Assembly: GCA_039809605.1 (NCBI GenBank)
Contig: JBDHVF010000002.1
Coordinates: forward strand, 1-37,685
Source of the DNA: Polyangiales bacterium
Lineage (GTDB): Bacteria; Myxococcota_A; Polyangia; Polyangiales; Ga0077539
DNA length: 37,685 nt
Direction of reading: 5' to 3'
The notes under the pieces are model-generated. The model did no database searches. It saw only the letters and a list, made by a program, of their open reading frames with translations, and was not told the origin of the DNA. Each line of letters starts with the position of its first letter. The stretch's first letter is position 1. This document shows positions 1 through 8,113 of the stretch, piece by piece. Made by a program: the position numbers and the translations under genes.

Positions 1-29
1 CGAAATCAATTGCGCTTGAACAACACAAA

Positions 30-64
30 AACCGCGTACTCGACGGATCGAGATGGACGCGGTT
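30..64 (-). terminator. Nested hairpin, intrinsic-terminator-like when read on the minus strand
   Basis: AACCGCGT (30-37) pairs with ACGCGGTT (57-64), with an inner CTCGA/TCGAG stem (39-43/48-52). An A-run precedes it on the + strand, so on the - strand the stem is followed by TTTTTGTGTTG. No convincing minus-strand gene feeds into it, so the assignment is weak. Confidence 0.3.
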
Positions 65-158
65 CTCGTCATGGTGGGCCGCCCTGCTCCAAGTTAGAAC
101 CCACCTTCGACAAAATCCTGAATATATTTCTGAGTCCACCAAGAAGATTCCCGTTCCA

Positions 159-680
159 ATGAAACGAATACAGAAACCATCATCGACATGTGGAGAACCG
201 ACCTCAAAGAATCGACTTTGGCCCTCTCACCGATTGAGCCTTCCTGTTCGACAATGGATGCAGAAGAACGATATGCATACCATGGTCATCGAACAACAAG
301 AACGCATGGACATGATCTATGCGAGACTCCACCATCTCCCTCCCTTGGGATACAGGATCAATCTTCCGAATTGGACATTTGTACCTGACGAGACTATCGC
401 ACCCAAAGTGAAGGAGATATGGAACCAAGCATTATCTGGGACATCAACCAAGGTGATCGCTGAGAAGGTCGCGGCTGAAGGATTCTGCACCCCACGGCGC
501 GGACGAACAGGTGGAAGACCTCTTCATCGCAGCACCTTGCACAATATTCTGCGAGATCCGTTCTACGCTGGATACATTCGATCTGGAGAAAAGCTCTGCA
601 AGGGACTCCACGAACCCATGGTGACGGAGGATGAGTTCATCAAGGTACAGTACATGCTCTCGGAGAGGAGAAAGCATTGA
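159..680 (+). CDS. Large-serine-recombinase fragment: central Recombinase domain only, probably a degenerate remnant
   Basis: PPLGYRINLP..FVPDETIAPKVKEIWNQALSGTSTKVIAEKVAAEGFCTPRRG...HRSTLHNILRDPFYAGYI...GLHEPMVTEDEFIKVQ follows the Recombinase-domain pattern of large serine recombinases (PyGY, de.eA..v..i, G.s...ia..Ln, W....v..iL.Np.Y.G, HEpii). I see no resolvase catalytic domain upstream and no zinc-ribbon or coiled-coil downstream. The frame stays open back to position 3, but that translation shows no resolvase motifs. Confidence 0.5.
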   Translation: MKRIQKPSSTCGEPTSKNRLWPSHRLSLPVRQWMQKNDMHTMVIEQQERMDMIYARLHHLPPLGYRINLPNWTFVPDETIAPKVKEIWNQALSGTSTKVIAEKVAAEGFCTPRRGRTGGRPLHRSTLHNILRDPFYAGYIRSGEKLCKGLHEPMVTEDEFIKVQYMLSERRKH

Positions 681-724
681 CGAGCTCGCATAGTCCTGTC
701 GCACTTCGTTAGAGTGAGAGAACT

Positions 725-949
725 ATGACGGATCCTATATTCTCCGACGAAGATATCGAAGAGTTTCACCGGATCTGGCTTGAGGAGTTTGGTGAGGAAA
801 TTGACGCAGATACAGCGAGGTTACGTGCTGATCGGTTCTTGCAGGCGATTCATCTCATCATGAAACTGAGCGAGAGGGCGGATCGACGCAGCAGCACGAA
901 TACAATGAGCGATACTCAAACAGATGCGATCAATTCTCGAACAGTTTGA
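725..949 (+). CDS. Small acidic hypothetical protein (74 aa)
   Basis: ATG ORF 45 nt after the recombinase fragment. The composition is helical and acidic (DEDIEEFHRIWLEEFGEEIDADTARLRADRF). I recognise no family. Its 3' end overlaps the convergent protease gene by 34 nt. Confidence 0.35.
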   Translation: MTDPIFSDEDIEEFHRIWLEEFGEEIDADTARLRADRFLQAIHLIMKLSERADRRSSTNTMSDTQTDAINSRTV

Positions 950-1668
950 GCCTTCCAGACCATACCGAGATCTGATTGGTCATTGATCCGGCCGCTGTAA
1001 ACACCGAGGAATCGCGTGAGGGTTCCTGCGAGAATAGCGGTGCTTCCATTACTCGTGGTCAAAGCACCACCATTCCTATGCAGAACCACCGGTGACCCTG
1101 ATTGACCTGGCCGTCCTCGACAGTCGATGAGAAAGACAGGCAGATTGTCATAATCACCATCGGGCTCTGACGCGACGAATCCAGTTGCCCAGATCGCCGT
1201 GCCCGCCAAGCCAGGCTTGAGCCCAAACGGGAATCCAACAACGCTAACATAGTCCGAAGGAGCAAGCGGAATGGGAGGATTGCCTTCGCTAACGTCGACT
1301 GGATACAGTTGAACACCCTGAATATTGGCGAGAGGCAGCGCTACGATATCTGCGCGTCTTCCAAGAGTCGGATGTTCACACCATTGAGGTCGACCGTTAC
1401 TATCAAGAATATGCTCTGTACGAGGCGTCCACTCTCCGAGAGCATCCCTTTTATTATGCAGCACCACGATCTGGTTTGGAATGCCTCCTGTCGGGGAGAG
1501 AGGCTGGCCAGTTTGGGGGTTACGTCCTGTCACGTTATGAAGATTCGTAATAAGCAGCGGGCCTTTAGGCGAATCGACTACGAAACCCGTCCCAGAGGAC
1601 AGAGATGCTCCATCAAATCGCATCTCAAGGAAGAGGGACTGGATGGATTGAAGTAAAACCGAGCTCAT
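916..1668 (-). CDS. Trypsin-like (S1 / Trypsin_2) serine protease with no signal peptide
   Basis: The catalytic triad appears in canonical order: GTGFVV..PLLITNLHNV (His), RADIVALPL (Asp), GRPGQSGSPVV (Ser). The N-terminus MSSVLLQSIQSLFLEMRFDG is not signal-peptide-like. An AAGGAA RBS-like sequence lies upstream of the ATG. Confidence 0.8.
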   Translation of the reverse strand: MSSVLLQSIQSLFLEMRFDGASLSSGTGFVVDSPKGPLLITNLHNVTGRNPQTGQPLSPTGGIPNQIVVLHNKRDALGEWTPRTEHILDSNGRPQWCEHPTLGRRADIVALPLANIQGVQLYPVDVSEGNPPIPLAPSDYVSVVGFPFGLKPGLAGTAIWATGFVASEPDGDYDNLPVFLIDCRGRPGQSGSPVVLHRNGGALTTSNGSTAILAGTLTRFLGVYSGRINDQSDLGMVWKAQTVRELIASV

Positions 1669-1779
1669 GAAGTTCCTTTATCACAAAACCGAGCTAGAAT
1701 CGAGTAGAAGTTATGACGAGTTCGATCCCGCCCAGGTGTGAGCTCAGATAAACACGCATAACTCAGCTCAATAAACAGC

Positions 1780-1803
1780 AAAACCACCTGCTGTGGTGGT
1801 TTT
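1780..1803 (-). terminator. Bidirectional intrinsic-terminator-like hairpin downstream of the ABC operon
   Basis: AAAACCACC (1780-1788), loop TGCTGT, GGTGGTTTT (1795-1803). On the minus strand the stem is followed by GCTGTTTATT. It lies about 225 nt after the stop of the last operon gene (2028) and upstream of the protease gene. Confidence 0.45.
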
Positions 1804-2027
1804 GTCGATGGTGGGTCAGAGTGAATTGAAGTTCGAACTGTTCTTACGCTAGCCACGAGAGACAAAACCCACACCGACTGCTGAACAATCAACTTACGGT
1901 CACACTGGCAAAAATAACATTTTCCCGCTGGCACAATAAAAAATGAGACCAAGAATAAGGTGATAGGACACTTGCATGCACTCGTTTCCAGTTGACGATG
2001 GAGGTATCGTCCCGCGGAATCCAGGCA

Positions 2028-2480
2028 TTACTTCTTTTTCAGAATTTTCAAAACCTCCTTGAAGCCACCAAAACTGATTGTATCCAAGAACAGCGAAATA
2101 ACTTCTCCATCTGTCTTCTTGCAACCCGACTCAAAGTACCCACTAGCTGCCTTGCCAATTCCGTAAGTTACAAGGGCATTGAGGGCAGCATTCATTGCTA
2201 TTCCTACAGGCAATCCAACACCTGTAAACGTCACGACTGTCGCTAGCAGTTTAATTGATCCAACGGTAATCCCACCAGCCTCGATCAACTTTCGGATGAA
2301 ACTGCCACTTTGGTGCTCGTTCCACGAGATCGAATGAATTTGAGCAAGAATAAGTAGCATCGTAGAATTAGCGGCCACCAACGCCGCTACATCAACGAAA
2401 ATGGGCACGCCCCCAGCGGCCGCCGTGGTGATCACGGCGGCCGCAATTGCAGCCCTCGCCTTTTCTGATTTCGTGGACAT
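2028..2480 (-). CDS. DUF697-like small membrane-associated protein
   Basis: AAAGGVPIFVDVAALVAANSTMLLILAQIHSI...GVGLPVGIAMNAALNALVTYGIGKAASGYF follows the DUF697 (YcjF-type) pattern (aaG.iPiP..D.a.l..iq..Mi..la.iyG ... iPg.G...g.a..a.....T.a.G.a...yf). I place the start at ATG 2480 (MSTKSEKARAA), which has a GGGGAG RBS. The track start at 2534 overlaps the upstream gene. Confidence 0.6.
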   Translation of the reverse strand: MSTKSEKARAAIAAAVITTAAAGGVPIFVDVAALVAANSTMLLILAQIHSISWNEHQSGSFIRKLIEAGGITVGSIKLLATVVTFTGVGLPVGIAMNAALNALVTYGIGKAASGYFESGCKKTDGEVISLFLDTISFGGFKEVLKILKKK

Positions 2481-2511
2481 GTTCAGATCTCCCCAAAGCC
2501 CCAATTGCTCG

Positions 2512-3459
2512 CTAGTGGTCAGCGGACTGAGCATTTCTAATCACTGGACTCACGGGTAACAGTTGGTGTTGCTCAACAGTTTGTCCATGAATCAGAGAAA
2601 GTGTTGTCTCCGCCGCCCGTCGCCCCATCAGTTGGGGATCTTGAGCCATGGTCGCGTACAAGATCCCGCGTTGAACCATATCCCGTGCTTCAGAAGTCGC
2701 ATCAAATCCAATAATGGGGATACGCGGTCTTTCCCGCATTGCTTCCGCAGCCCCAAGAGCCATCTCGTCGTTGGCCGCGAAGATCGCATCGAAATGCGTC
2801 CCAGAAGATGCGAGACTATCAACAGCAACACGAGCCTCACCACGTCGCCAAGAACATGTTCTCTCGATCAAGTTCCAGGTTTGAGGCTTGTGCTCCAAAA
2901 ATCCCGCTCGACGTTCAACAGCACTAGCCTGCCCGTCCACACCGTTGAGCAACAATACAGTGGATCGAGCGGGAAGAATCCTGGACAGGCTTACCGCTGC
3001 CTGCTGTCCCCCGTCACGGTTACTTGATCCGATAAACGGAGGGCGCGTCGAGGTAGACATCGTCCACGATCGCTCGGGAATTTCCGTATCGATAGTCACA
3101 ACTACGATTCCGGCACGTCGAGCTTCGGTAAGGAGTGGAACCAGTTCAGCCCCGGACGATGCCGGAGTAATGAGAATTGCGCGCAGTCTCCCTTCTTGAC
3201 GGACACGATTCGAGCTTCTGATCGCCTCCCCCAACACCTGCATTTGAGTCGCGACATCCCCTTCATTGCGGCCGGCTCTCACACGGAGTTCCATTCCGCC
3301 CGAGGCTCTGCCCCAAACACTGCGCACTCCGTTTTCGATATCTCGAAAAAAAGGGTTATCCTGAGTCTTTACGACAAGCAGTGCAAATCCGTGATCTTCT
3401 TTGTTCGACCTGCACGAGAGGGTGAAGAATGCCAGGAAGAGCAGGACAATGAGCTTCAT
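2512..3459 (-). CDS. ABC transporter periplasmic sugar-binding lipoprotein (RbsB-like, Peripla_BP_4 type)
   Basis: Lipoprotein signal MKLIVLLFLAFFTLSC. The profile LLVVKTQDNPFFRDIENG, ILITPASS, VVVTIDTEI, AIFAANDEMALGAAEA and IIGFDAT is typical of ribose/galactose-type binding proteins. Its start abuts the permease stop with zero gap. Confidence 0.85.
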   Translation of the reverse strand: MKLIVLLFLAFFTLSCRSNKEDHGFALLVVKTQDNPFFRDIENGVRSVWGRASGGMELRVRAGRNEGDVATQMQVLGEAIRSSNRVRQEGRLRAILITPASSGAELVPLLTEARRAGIVVVTIDTEIPERSWTMSTSTRPPFIGSSNRDGGQQAAVSLSRILPARSTVLLLNGVDGQASAVERRAGFLEHKPQTWNLIERTCSWRRGEARVAVDSLASSGTHFDAIFAANDEMALGAAEAMRERPRIPIIGFDATSEARDMVQRGILYATMAQDPQLMGRRAAETTLSLIHGQTVEQHQLLPVSPVIRNAQSADH

Positions 3460-4485
3460 CTAATCCTCCCCCACTGAAGGTTCCGCGTGGATAGTTCGAG
3501 TAGTGCCCAATAGAGCGCGCCCTGTGATGATACTCAGAATCAGCACTGCTCCACCCAAAACAGCTGTAACGACCCGAGCTTGCTCGCTCGAAAGCGATCG
3601 TGGAAGCCAGTCAGCGCCACGAGCGTAAACAATCTTGCGAATAATTCCCCAGGTAATACTCGCCCCCACCACGGCAAGGAAGCGTCTATAGCCGCCAGAG
3701 ATCGACGTACCCCCTAACACCGCGATCGCAATGGCAACGAATTCGTCGCCAATAAAAGCGCCCGTTGAAGCTGCACGTCCTTCGGCAAGGAAAGGGAGAC
3801 ACGCCATTGCTGCACAGAATCCTGATGAACAGTAGGCATACATGGTCCATTTCTTAACATCTAGTCCGGCATAAATTGCCCCATCTCTATTAGCGCCAAT
3901 TGCGCACCAGCGATTAGATGCATTCGTGACCTGCTCTATCCCGTAAATAGCAACAAATAACAACCAGAAAAACTTTCCAACTTTGACTGCTGTTTCAGGA
4001 GTTAGAGGAACACTCGAAGTTGAAGCGAGAGGTACTCCCGACCGCTCAGCAAAGACTAGTGCGACAACCGTTAATATTTGCCCCAATGCCCATGTCGTCA
4101 AAACTGGCGGAGCACCTCGTGAAGCCATAACTCCGTTCACGAACCCCACGCCGGTTCCCACGAGAGCAGTTGCAGAGAAGGCCCAAAAAAAGCTATTCGA
4201 ATGATAATTCACCGTCACAAAAATCACAGCAGACAATGTAGCGATACCTGTAATTGAAAGATCGATGCCACCAACGGCCAATACACTTGACACTCCAATC
4301 GCCAAAAAAGCCATGTATGGCACCCATCGCATCAAATGATCCACCGTTGCGATAATTGAAGCGCCTGTAGGCAATCGAGAGACAAAAACCAGATCGATCA
4401 CCACAGCAGAGAGCAGGGGGATCAGAAAAGCTCGATATCGGATTCCAGGCTTACGTTGCAGTCTCTCGAGAACATCTGCGATCAC
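3460..4485 (-). CDS. ABC transporter permease (RbsC-like, BPD_transp_2 type)
   Basis: Multi-pass hydrophobic protein with GGIDLSITGIATLSAVI and VLGGTSISGG motifs, typical of CUT2 sugar permeases. There is a 1-nt gap to the upstream ATPase gene. Confidence 0.85.
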   Translation of the reverse strand: MIADVLERLQRKPGIRYRAFLIPLLSAVVIDLVFVSRLPTGASIIATVDHLMRWVPYMAFLAIGVSSVLAVGGIDLSITGIATLSAVIFVTVNYHSNSFFWAFSATALVGTGVGFVNGVMASRGAPPVLTTWALGQILTVVALVFAERSGVPLASTSSVPLTPETAVKVGKFFWLLFVAIYGIEQVTNASNRWCAIGANRDGAIYAGLDVKKWTMYAYCSSGFCAAMACLPFLAEGRAASTGAFIGDEFVAIAIAVLGGTSISGGYRRFLAVVGASITWGIIRKIVYARGADWLPRSLSSEQARVVTAVLGGAVLILSIITGRALLGTTRTIHAEPSVGED

Positions 4486-4486
4486 A

Positions 4487-6508
4487 TCAAACCTCCCTAG
4501 CTCCTACACTTCCAATCACGGTGCAAACAGCGGAGATCGCTTGGCTCTTCGAGACATTACAACTACCAGACCGGCTCGTGAGCGTATACTCATCACCAAG
4601 GCAATGTATATCCAACGCATAACTCTGTTCAAGAATCGCCTGATCGACTTCACGCAATCTGGCCAGCAGATCGAATCTACCCGCCACACGCCTGATAATA
4701 TAGATGAGTCTCCGATAGGTGCTTTCCTCCTCAAGATGAAGGAGTTGAAGATCCGCAGCAATCCCGATCAACACAGCGAACCCGTGAGGGAGCGAATAAC
4801 GAGAAGCTCGTTCAATAGCATGCGCATGAATATGCCCGAACAACAGAACATCTCTAGCCTCTTTCTTTTCCCATGGATCAATAGTTAGAAGTGATGCCTT
4901 GTGCTTCGCCGTGGCAACCGCGAGTTCGAAGCATTTCTCATCGCGCGGGATGTCTTGTTCCAACTCGTTCAGAACATTGGCCTCAAGGTCACTCATCCCA
5001 ACTCCGGCGACTCCGTGCTTGAGACACTCGGCAAGGCCCCAGCACTTTTCTTGAATTGGCAATGTGCTCAAAAAGGCCCTCTCCATCACAACAGCACACG
5101 GATTGGCAAAATTTCCAATCGCATGTTTCCGTGGCACCTCGCCAGGCAGAGCTCCTACATTAATGCCGGTCTTGCTACCGACGGCCACGTCCGCCATCGC
5201 CATCAGAGTCGAGGGAAACAGCATCATGGGAATAGCCCCACGATAAACGGTAGAGGCGGCAAATCCGAGACAATTCAAAACTGTTCCCCCGCCTACGATG
5301 ACAAATACGCCGTTTGGTGTCGGCATATGAGACAACAGTTCCTGGCTAAATCGCTGATAGGCCGCGAACGATTTCATTTCCTCGCCGCCTTTAACAGACA
5401 TTGTATGAATACGTCCCGCATAATGCGCCTGCAGAGTTGCCTGCAATTTAAGCAGCGCATGTTCTCCCACAGGGATCGCATCGTCCTGTATCACCACAAT
5501 CCTTGCTTGCTTATCGGTCATGTATCGACCCAGAATGCTATCCAAGTCAACATCCGCCAGTGAGGTATATACAGTATAGGATCGGAAACGTTGAGGAATG
5601 CCCGACTGGAACCAGCCAAAGTTACTCTCGGCATCGACGGAGATCCGTCGGTCTTTGATTGTATGCATATATTGAGGAGCCCACAAACTCACTTCTTCGT
5701 GATTATGGGTAACAGCGACGATAGCAGAATTCTTCCGAGCTTGCCAAGTTTTCAAATTTTCGATGATCTTGGGCAACATCGTGCGTTGAATGCCAGCGAG
5801 GGCCTCGTCCAAAAACAAAACTCGAATGTCGTCTGAATGAAGCGCTAGCGCGATTCGTGCTACCGCTCTCGCTCCGCCTGAAAGTTCTGCAGGTCGCCTG
5901 CTTACAATTCCCGAAAATTCATCACCAAAAAGACCGATGTTCGCTTGGAGCCGCGCCTGCCAAGCTCCCGCGGATTTAGAGTCCCTCTTCCAAAACCTAT
6001 CGATGAAAGACTTTACTCCGACATCATCGATTGGGGTAATTGTTGTTTTTGCAAATAGCGGCGCAGCGATCGCCGCCACTTCGCCGATTTGAATTGTTGT
6101 CCATCTGAGAAGTGCTTGTTCTTCAATCGTCATGGTCGGGATCAAAGCGTCATCTTGAAAAACCGCTGCCATGCCAGCCTTGTATGCATCCCGAACGGAT
6201 GAAACGTCTTTCTTTTCTCCGTTAAAATACGCCACAGGCTTGTTGTCTTTGAGGTGCTTTCCGCGAGCAACAGTCAGACGCGGTGGCATTGCCCCCATCA
6301 AAAACTTAACAACACTGCTCTTGCCGCTTTGGTTATCGCCACTCAAAACATATACGCCCGCGCGTGGAAGCACGAATGAGCTTCCACGCTCAATAATAAC
6401 TTCTTCCCCTCCATCCGGATCAACTCGCGTGATCCCAATCGCATCGCAGCGAAAATAGTCCGCGACAATTGGTTTGGATGGTCGGCTGGAGAGGCGCTCA
6501 CTTGTCAT
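4487..6508 (-). CDS. Fusion protein: single ABC ATPase domain plus C-terminal 3-dehydroquinate-synthase-like (sugar phosphate cyclase superfamily) domain
   Basis: N-terminal half: Walker A GDNQSGKSS, Q-loop FQDD, signature LSGGARAVARIA, Walker B VLFLDEALAG, H-loop VTHNHEE. C-terminal half: GGEEMKS, VIVGGGTVLNCLGFAAS, PSTLMAMADVAVGSKTGINV, GLAECLKHGV, LLFGHIHAHAIE, LPHGFAVLIG, which are all hallmark DHQS-family segments. I prefer the ATG at 6508 (MTSERL). The track ORF extends to 6697, with another ATG at 6652. Confidence 0.8.
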   Translation of the reverse strand: MTSERLSSRPSKPIVADYFRCDAIGITRVDPDGGEEVIIERGSSFVLPRAGVYVLSGDNQSGKSSVVKFLMGAMPPRLTVARGKHLKDNKPVAYFNGEKKDVSSVRDAYKAGMAAVFQDDALIPTMTIEEQALLRWTTIQIGEVAAIAAPLFAKTTITPIDDVGVKSFIDRFWKRDSKSAGAWQARLQANIGLFGDEFSGIVSRRPAELSGGARAVARIALALHSDDIRVLFLDEALAGIQRTMLPKIIENLKTWQARKNSAIVAVTHNHEEVSLWAPQYMHTIKDRRISVDAESNFGWFQSGIPQRFRSYTVYTSLADVDLDSILGRYMTDKQARIVVIQDDAIPVGEHALLKLQATLQAHYAGRIHTMSVKGGEEMKSFAAYQRFSQELLSHMPTPNGVFVIVGGGTVLNCLGFAASTVYRGAIPMMLFPSTLMAMADVAVGSKTGINVGALPGEVPRKHAIGNFANPCAVVMERAFLSTLPIQEKCWGLAECLKHGVAGVGMSDLEANVLNELEQDIPRDEKCFELAVATAKHKASLLTIDPWEKKEARDVLLFGHIHAHAIERASRYSLPHGFAVLIGIAADLQLLHLEEESTYRRLIYIIRRVAGRFDLLARLREVDQAILEQSYALDIHCLGDEYTLTSRSGSCNVSKSQAISAVCTVIGSVGAREV

Positions 6509-6794
6509 TGGATGGGGTCGCCTTGGCGGTTGGTTGAAGCAATGGAGCCTACCTTCAACAACCTGATCATGGAGCGGTTTGAGGATACCTCCGCTCTTGA
6601 GTTGCGAGTCAAGCGAAAATTGAGCCCCCAGAGCACGGCTCGCATATTCCATACTCGCATCCACTATGCTGTGTTGGAAGCAGTGAGTCGAGACCACGTG
6701 ATCAGCGGTCTCCCTCGACTCGCGGCTCTGGCCTCTCTACGGTGCGCTCATGCGGGGTCGGGCGCTCGACGACCACCCTTGGCTTTCACAGCTC

Positions 6795-7000
6795 GGGGTG
6801 CGGCTCTTTTGCGCGCTTGGAGAATCTGCAACCCATTCCGCTCGCCCCATTTCATGCGGAGCCCAGGGGGTGGTCCCCAGTGGCGGCAGCGGCCACGACG
6901 AGCGTGGCTTGGTAGGTCTCTCCGCGGCACGGCCATCGCCATCGATCGGCTCGGTACGATCGTCGGCGGATTCTCCAAGCGCGCAAAAGAGCCGCACCCC
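6795..7000. repeat. MITE-like 206-bp element bounded by perfect 32-bp inverted repeats
   Basis: GGGGTGCGGCTCTTTTGCGCGCTTGGAGAATC at 6795-6826 is the exact reverse complement of 6969-7000, with a 142-nt spacer. This also explains why track ORFs on both strands encode RLFCALGESA and ADSPSAQKSRTP. It lies in the non-coding gap between the low-GC block and the GC-rich operon. Confidence 0.7.
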
Positions 7001-7111
7001 ACGCTCGAGGCACGCCCGACGACGAGGCATCGGGGCACGCGTGGGCGCGGCGCGAACCCAGGGTGCCAGGGCGCCCGGTCAGCAAGGGTCCGCTCTGGAC
7101 GGGCACGCCCC

Positions 7112-8110
7112 TCACGGACCGCTGCAGTTGCCGCTGCGGCAGTACTGCATCGGCGCCGTGCAGACGCGCCCGCAGCTCCCACAGTTGGAGCTGTCGGACT
7201 GCAGGTTTCGCTCGCACCCGTTCATGCGGTTACCGTCGCAGTTGAAGTAGCCCGGGTTGCAGTCTCGCCAGTCGCACGTGCCGTTGTTGCAGAACGCGTT
7301 GGTGCCAGAGAACGAGCAACGGAGCCCGCAGCGACCACAGTTGTTCACGTCGGAGCGCAGGTCGATCTCGCAGCCGTTGACGTCGCTCCGATCGCAATCA
7401 TCGAAGCCCGTGCTGCAGGCGCCGATCCGGCAGGCGGCCATCGCGCACGCGGGCATGGCGTTGGGGCGGACGCACAGGACGCCGCAGTTGCCGCAGTTGC
7501 GCGCGTCGCCCATGAGGTTGACCTCACAGCCGTTGGACGGATCGCGGTCGCAGTCGTCGAAGCCCGCGACGCAGGCGCCGTGGGTGCAGCGACCCGCACG
7601 GCACACGGGGTCCGAGTGGGGCGTCTCGCACGCGTTGGTGCAGCGACCGCAGTGGTCGATGCCGTTGGCGAGGTCCGACTCGCAACCCGTGGACAGCATC
7701 CCGTCGCAGTCGCCCCACCCCGTGGCGCACGTGATCGCGCAGCGCCCGGCGACGCAGCTCGGCGCGCCGTTGAAGCGCGGGCAGTGCGTGCCGCAGATGC
7801 CACAGTTGTTGACGTCGTCGGCGGTGCGCACCTCACAGCCGTCGTCCTCGCGGCCATTGCAGTCCATGAAACCTTCGGCGCACTGGAGCAGGCAACGCCC
7901 CGCGACGCAGGCCGCGCGCGCGGTCGCGCCGTCGGGTGAAGGGCAGACCCTGCCGAGGCAGCCACAGTTCATCGGATCGCTGCTGAGGTCGACGGCGCCG
8001 TCGAGGGAGCTCACCGCGGCGTCGCCACACAACAGGTGGGGCGTCACCACCTCGGTGCACGCGAGCGTCGCGCACACCGCCACGAGCAGCATCGCGAGGC
8101 GCCAGCGCAC
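7112..8110 (-). CDS. Cysteine-rich repeat lipoprotein (about 6 repeats of a roughly 45-aa CGxCG module)
   Basis: Lipobox MRWRLAMLLVAVCATLAC. There are repeated units of the form C..GF.DCD.....GCE.dL..D..NCG.CG..C.......C..G.C. GTG start at 8110 with a GGGAGG RBS, 3 nt after the upstream stop. Confidence 0.8.
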   Translation of the reverse strand: MRWRLAMLLVAVCATLACTEVVTPHLLCGDAAVSSLDGAVDLSSDPMNCGCLGRVCPSPDGATARAACVAGRCLLQCAEGFMDCNGREDDGCEVRTADDVNNCGICGTHCPRFNGAPSCVAGRCAITCATGWGDCDGMLSTGCESDLANGIDHCGRCTNACETPHSDPVCRAGRCTHGACVAGFDDCDRDPSNGCEVNLMGDARNCGNCGVLCVRPNAMPACAMAACRIGACSTGFDDCDRSDVNGCEIDLRSDVNNCGRCGLRCSFSGTNAFCNNGTCDWRDCNPGYFNCDGNRMNGCERNLQSDSSNCGSCGRVCTAPMQYCRSGNCSGP

Positions 8111-8113
8111 GGC

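Noticed and set aside
1718-1743. The tRNA 3'-end-like string GAGTTCGATCCCGCCCAGGTGTGAGC, with a T-loop-like TTCGATC followed by CCGCC and a 7-nt acceptor-like segment
   Set aside because: There is no complementary 5' T-stem or acceptor strand upstream, so it is not a tRNA gene. It could be an att-type remnant of a tRNA-targeted integration, but I found no matching second copy in the window. It would be worth a BLASTN against the genome's tRNA genes.
1665-2124. Track ORFs 1665..1952 and 1900..2124 (minus) and 1992..2246 (plus) in or around the 360-bp spacer
   Set aside because: The translations are hydrophobic or Cys-rich and odd, with no RBS. They overlap the terminator hairpin or the DUF697-like gene. 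The spacer is better explained as a 3' UTR plus the promoter region of the protease gene.
6582-6612. A sigma70-like promoter for the low-GC operon (TTGACT ... TATCCT on the minus strand)
   Set aside because: By my count the spacer is 19 nt, outside the usual 16-18, and the -10 element is weak. This is not enough support.
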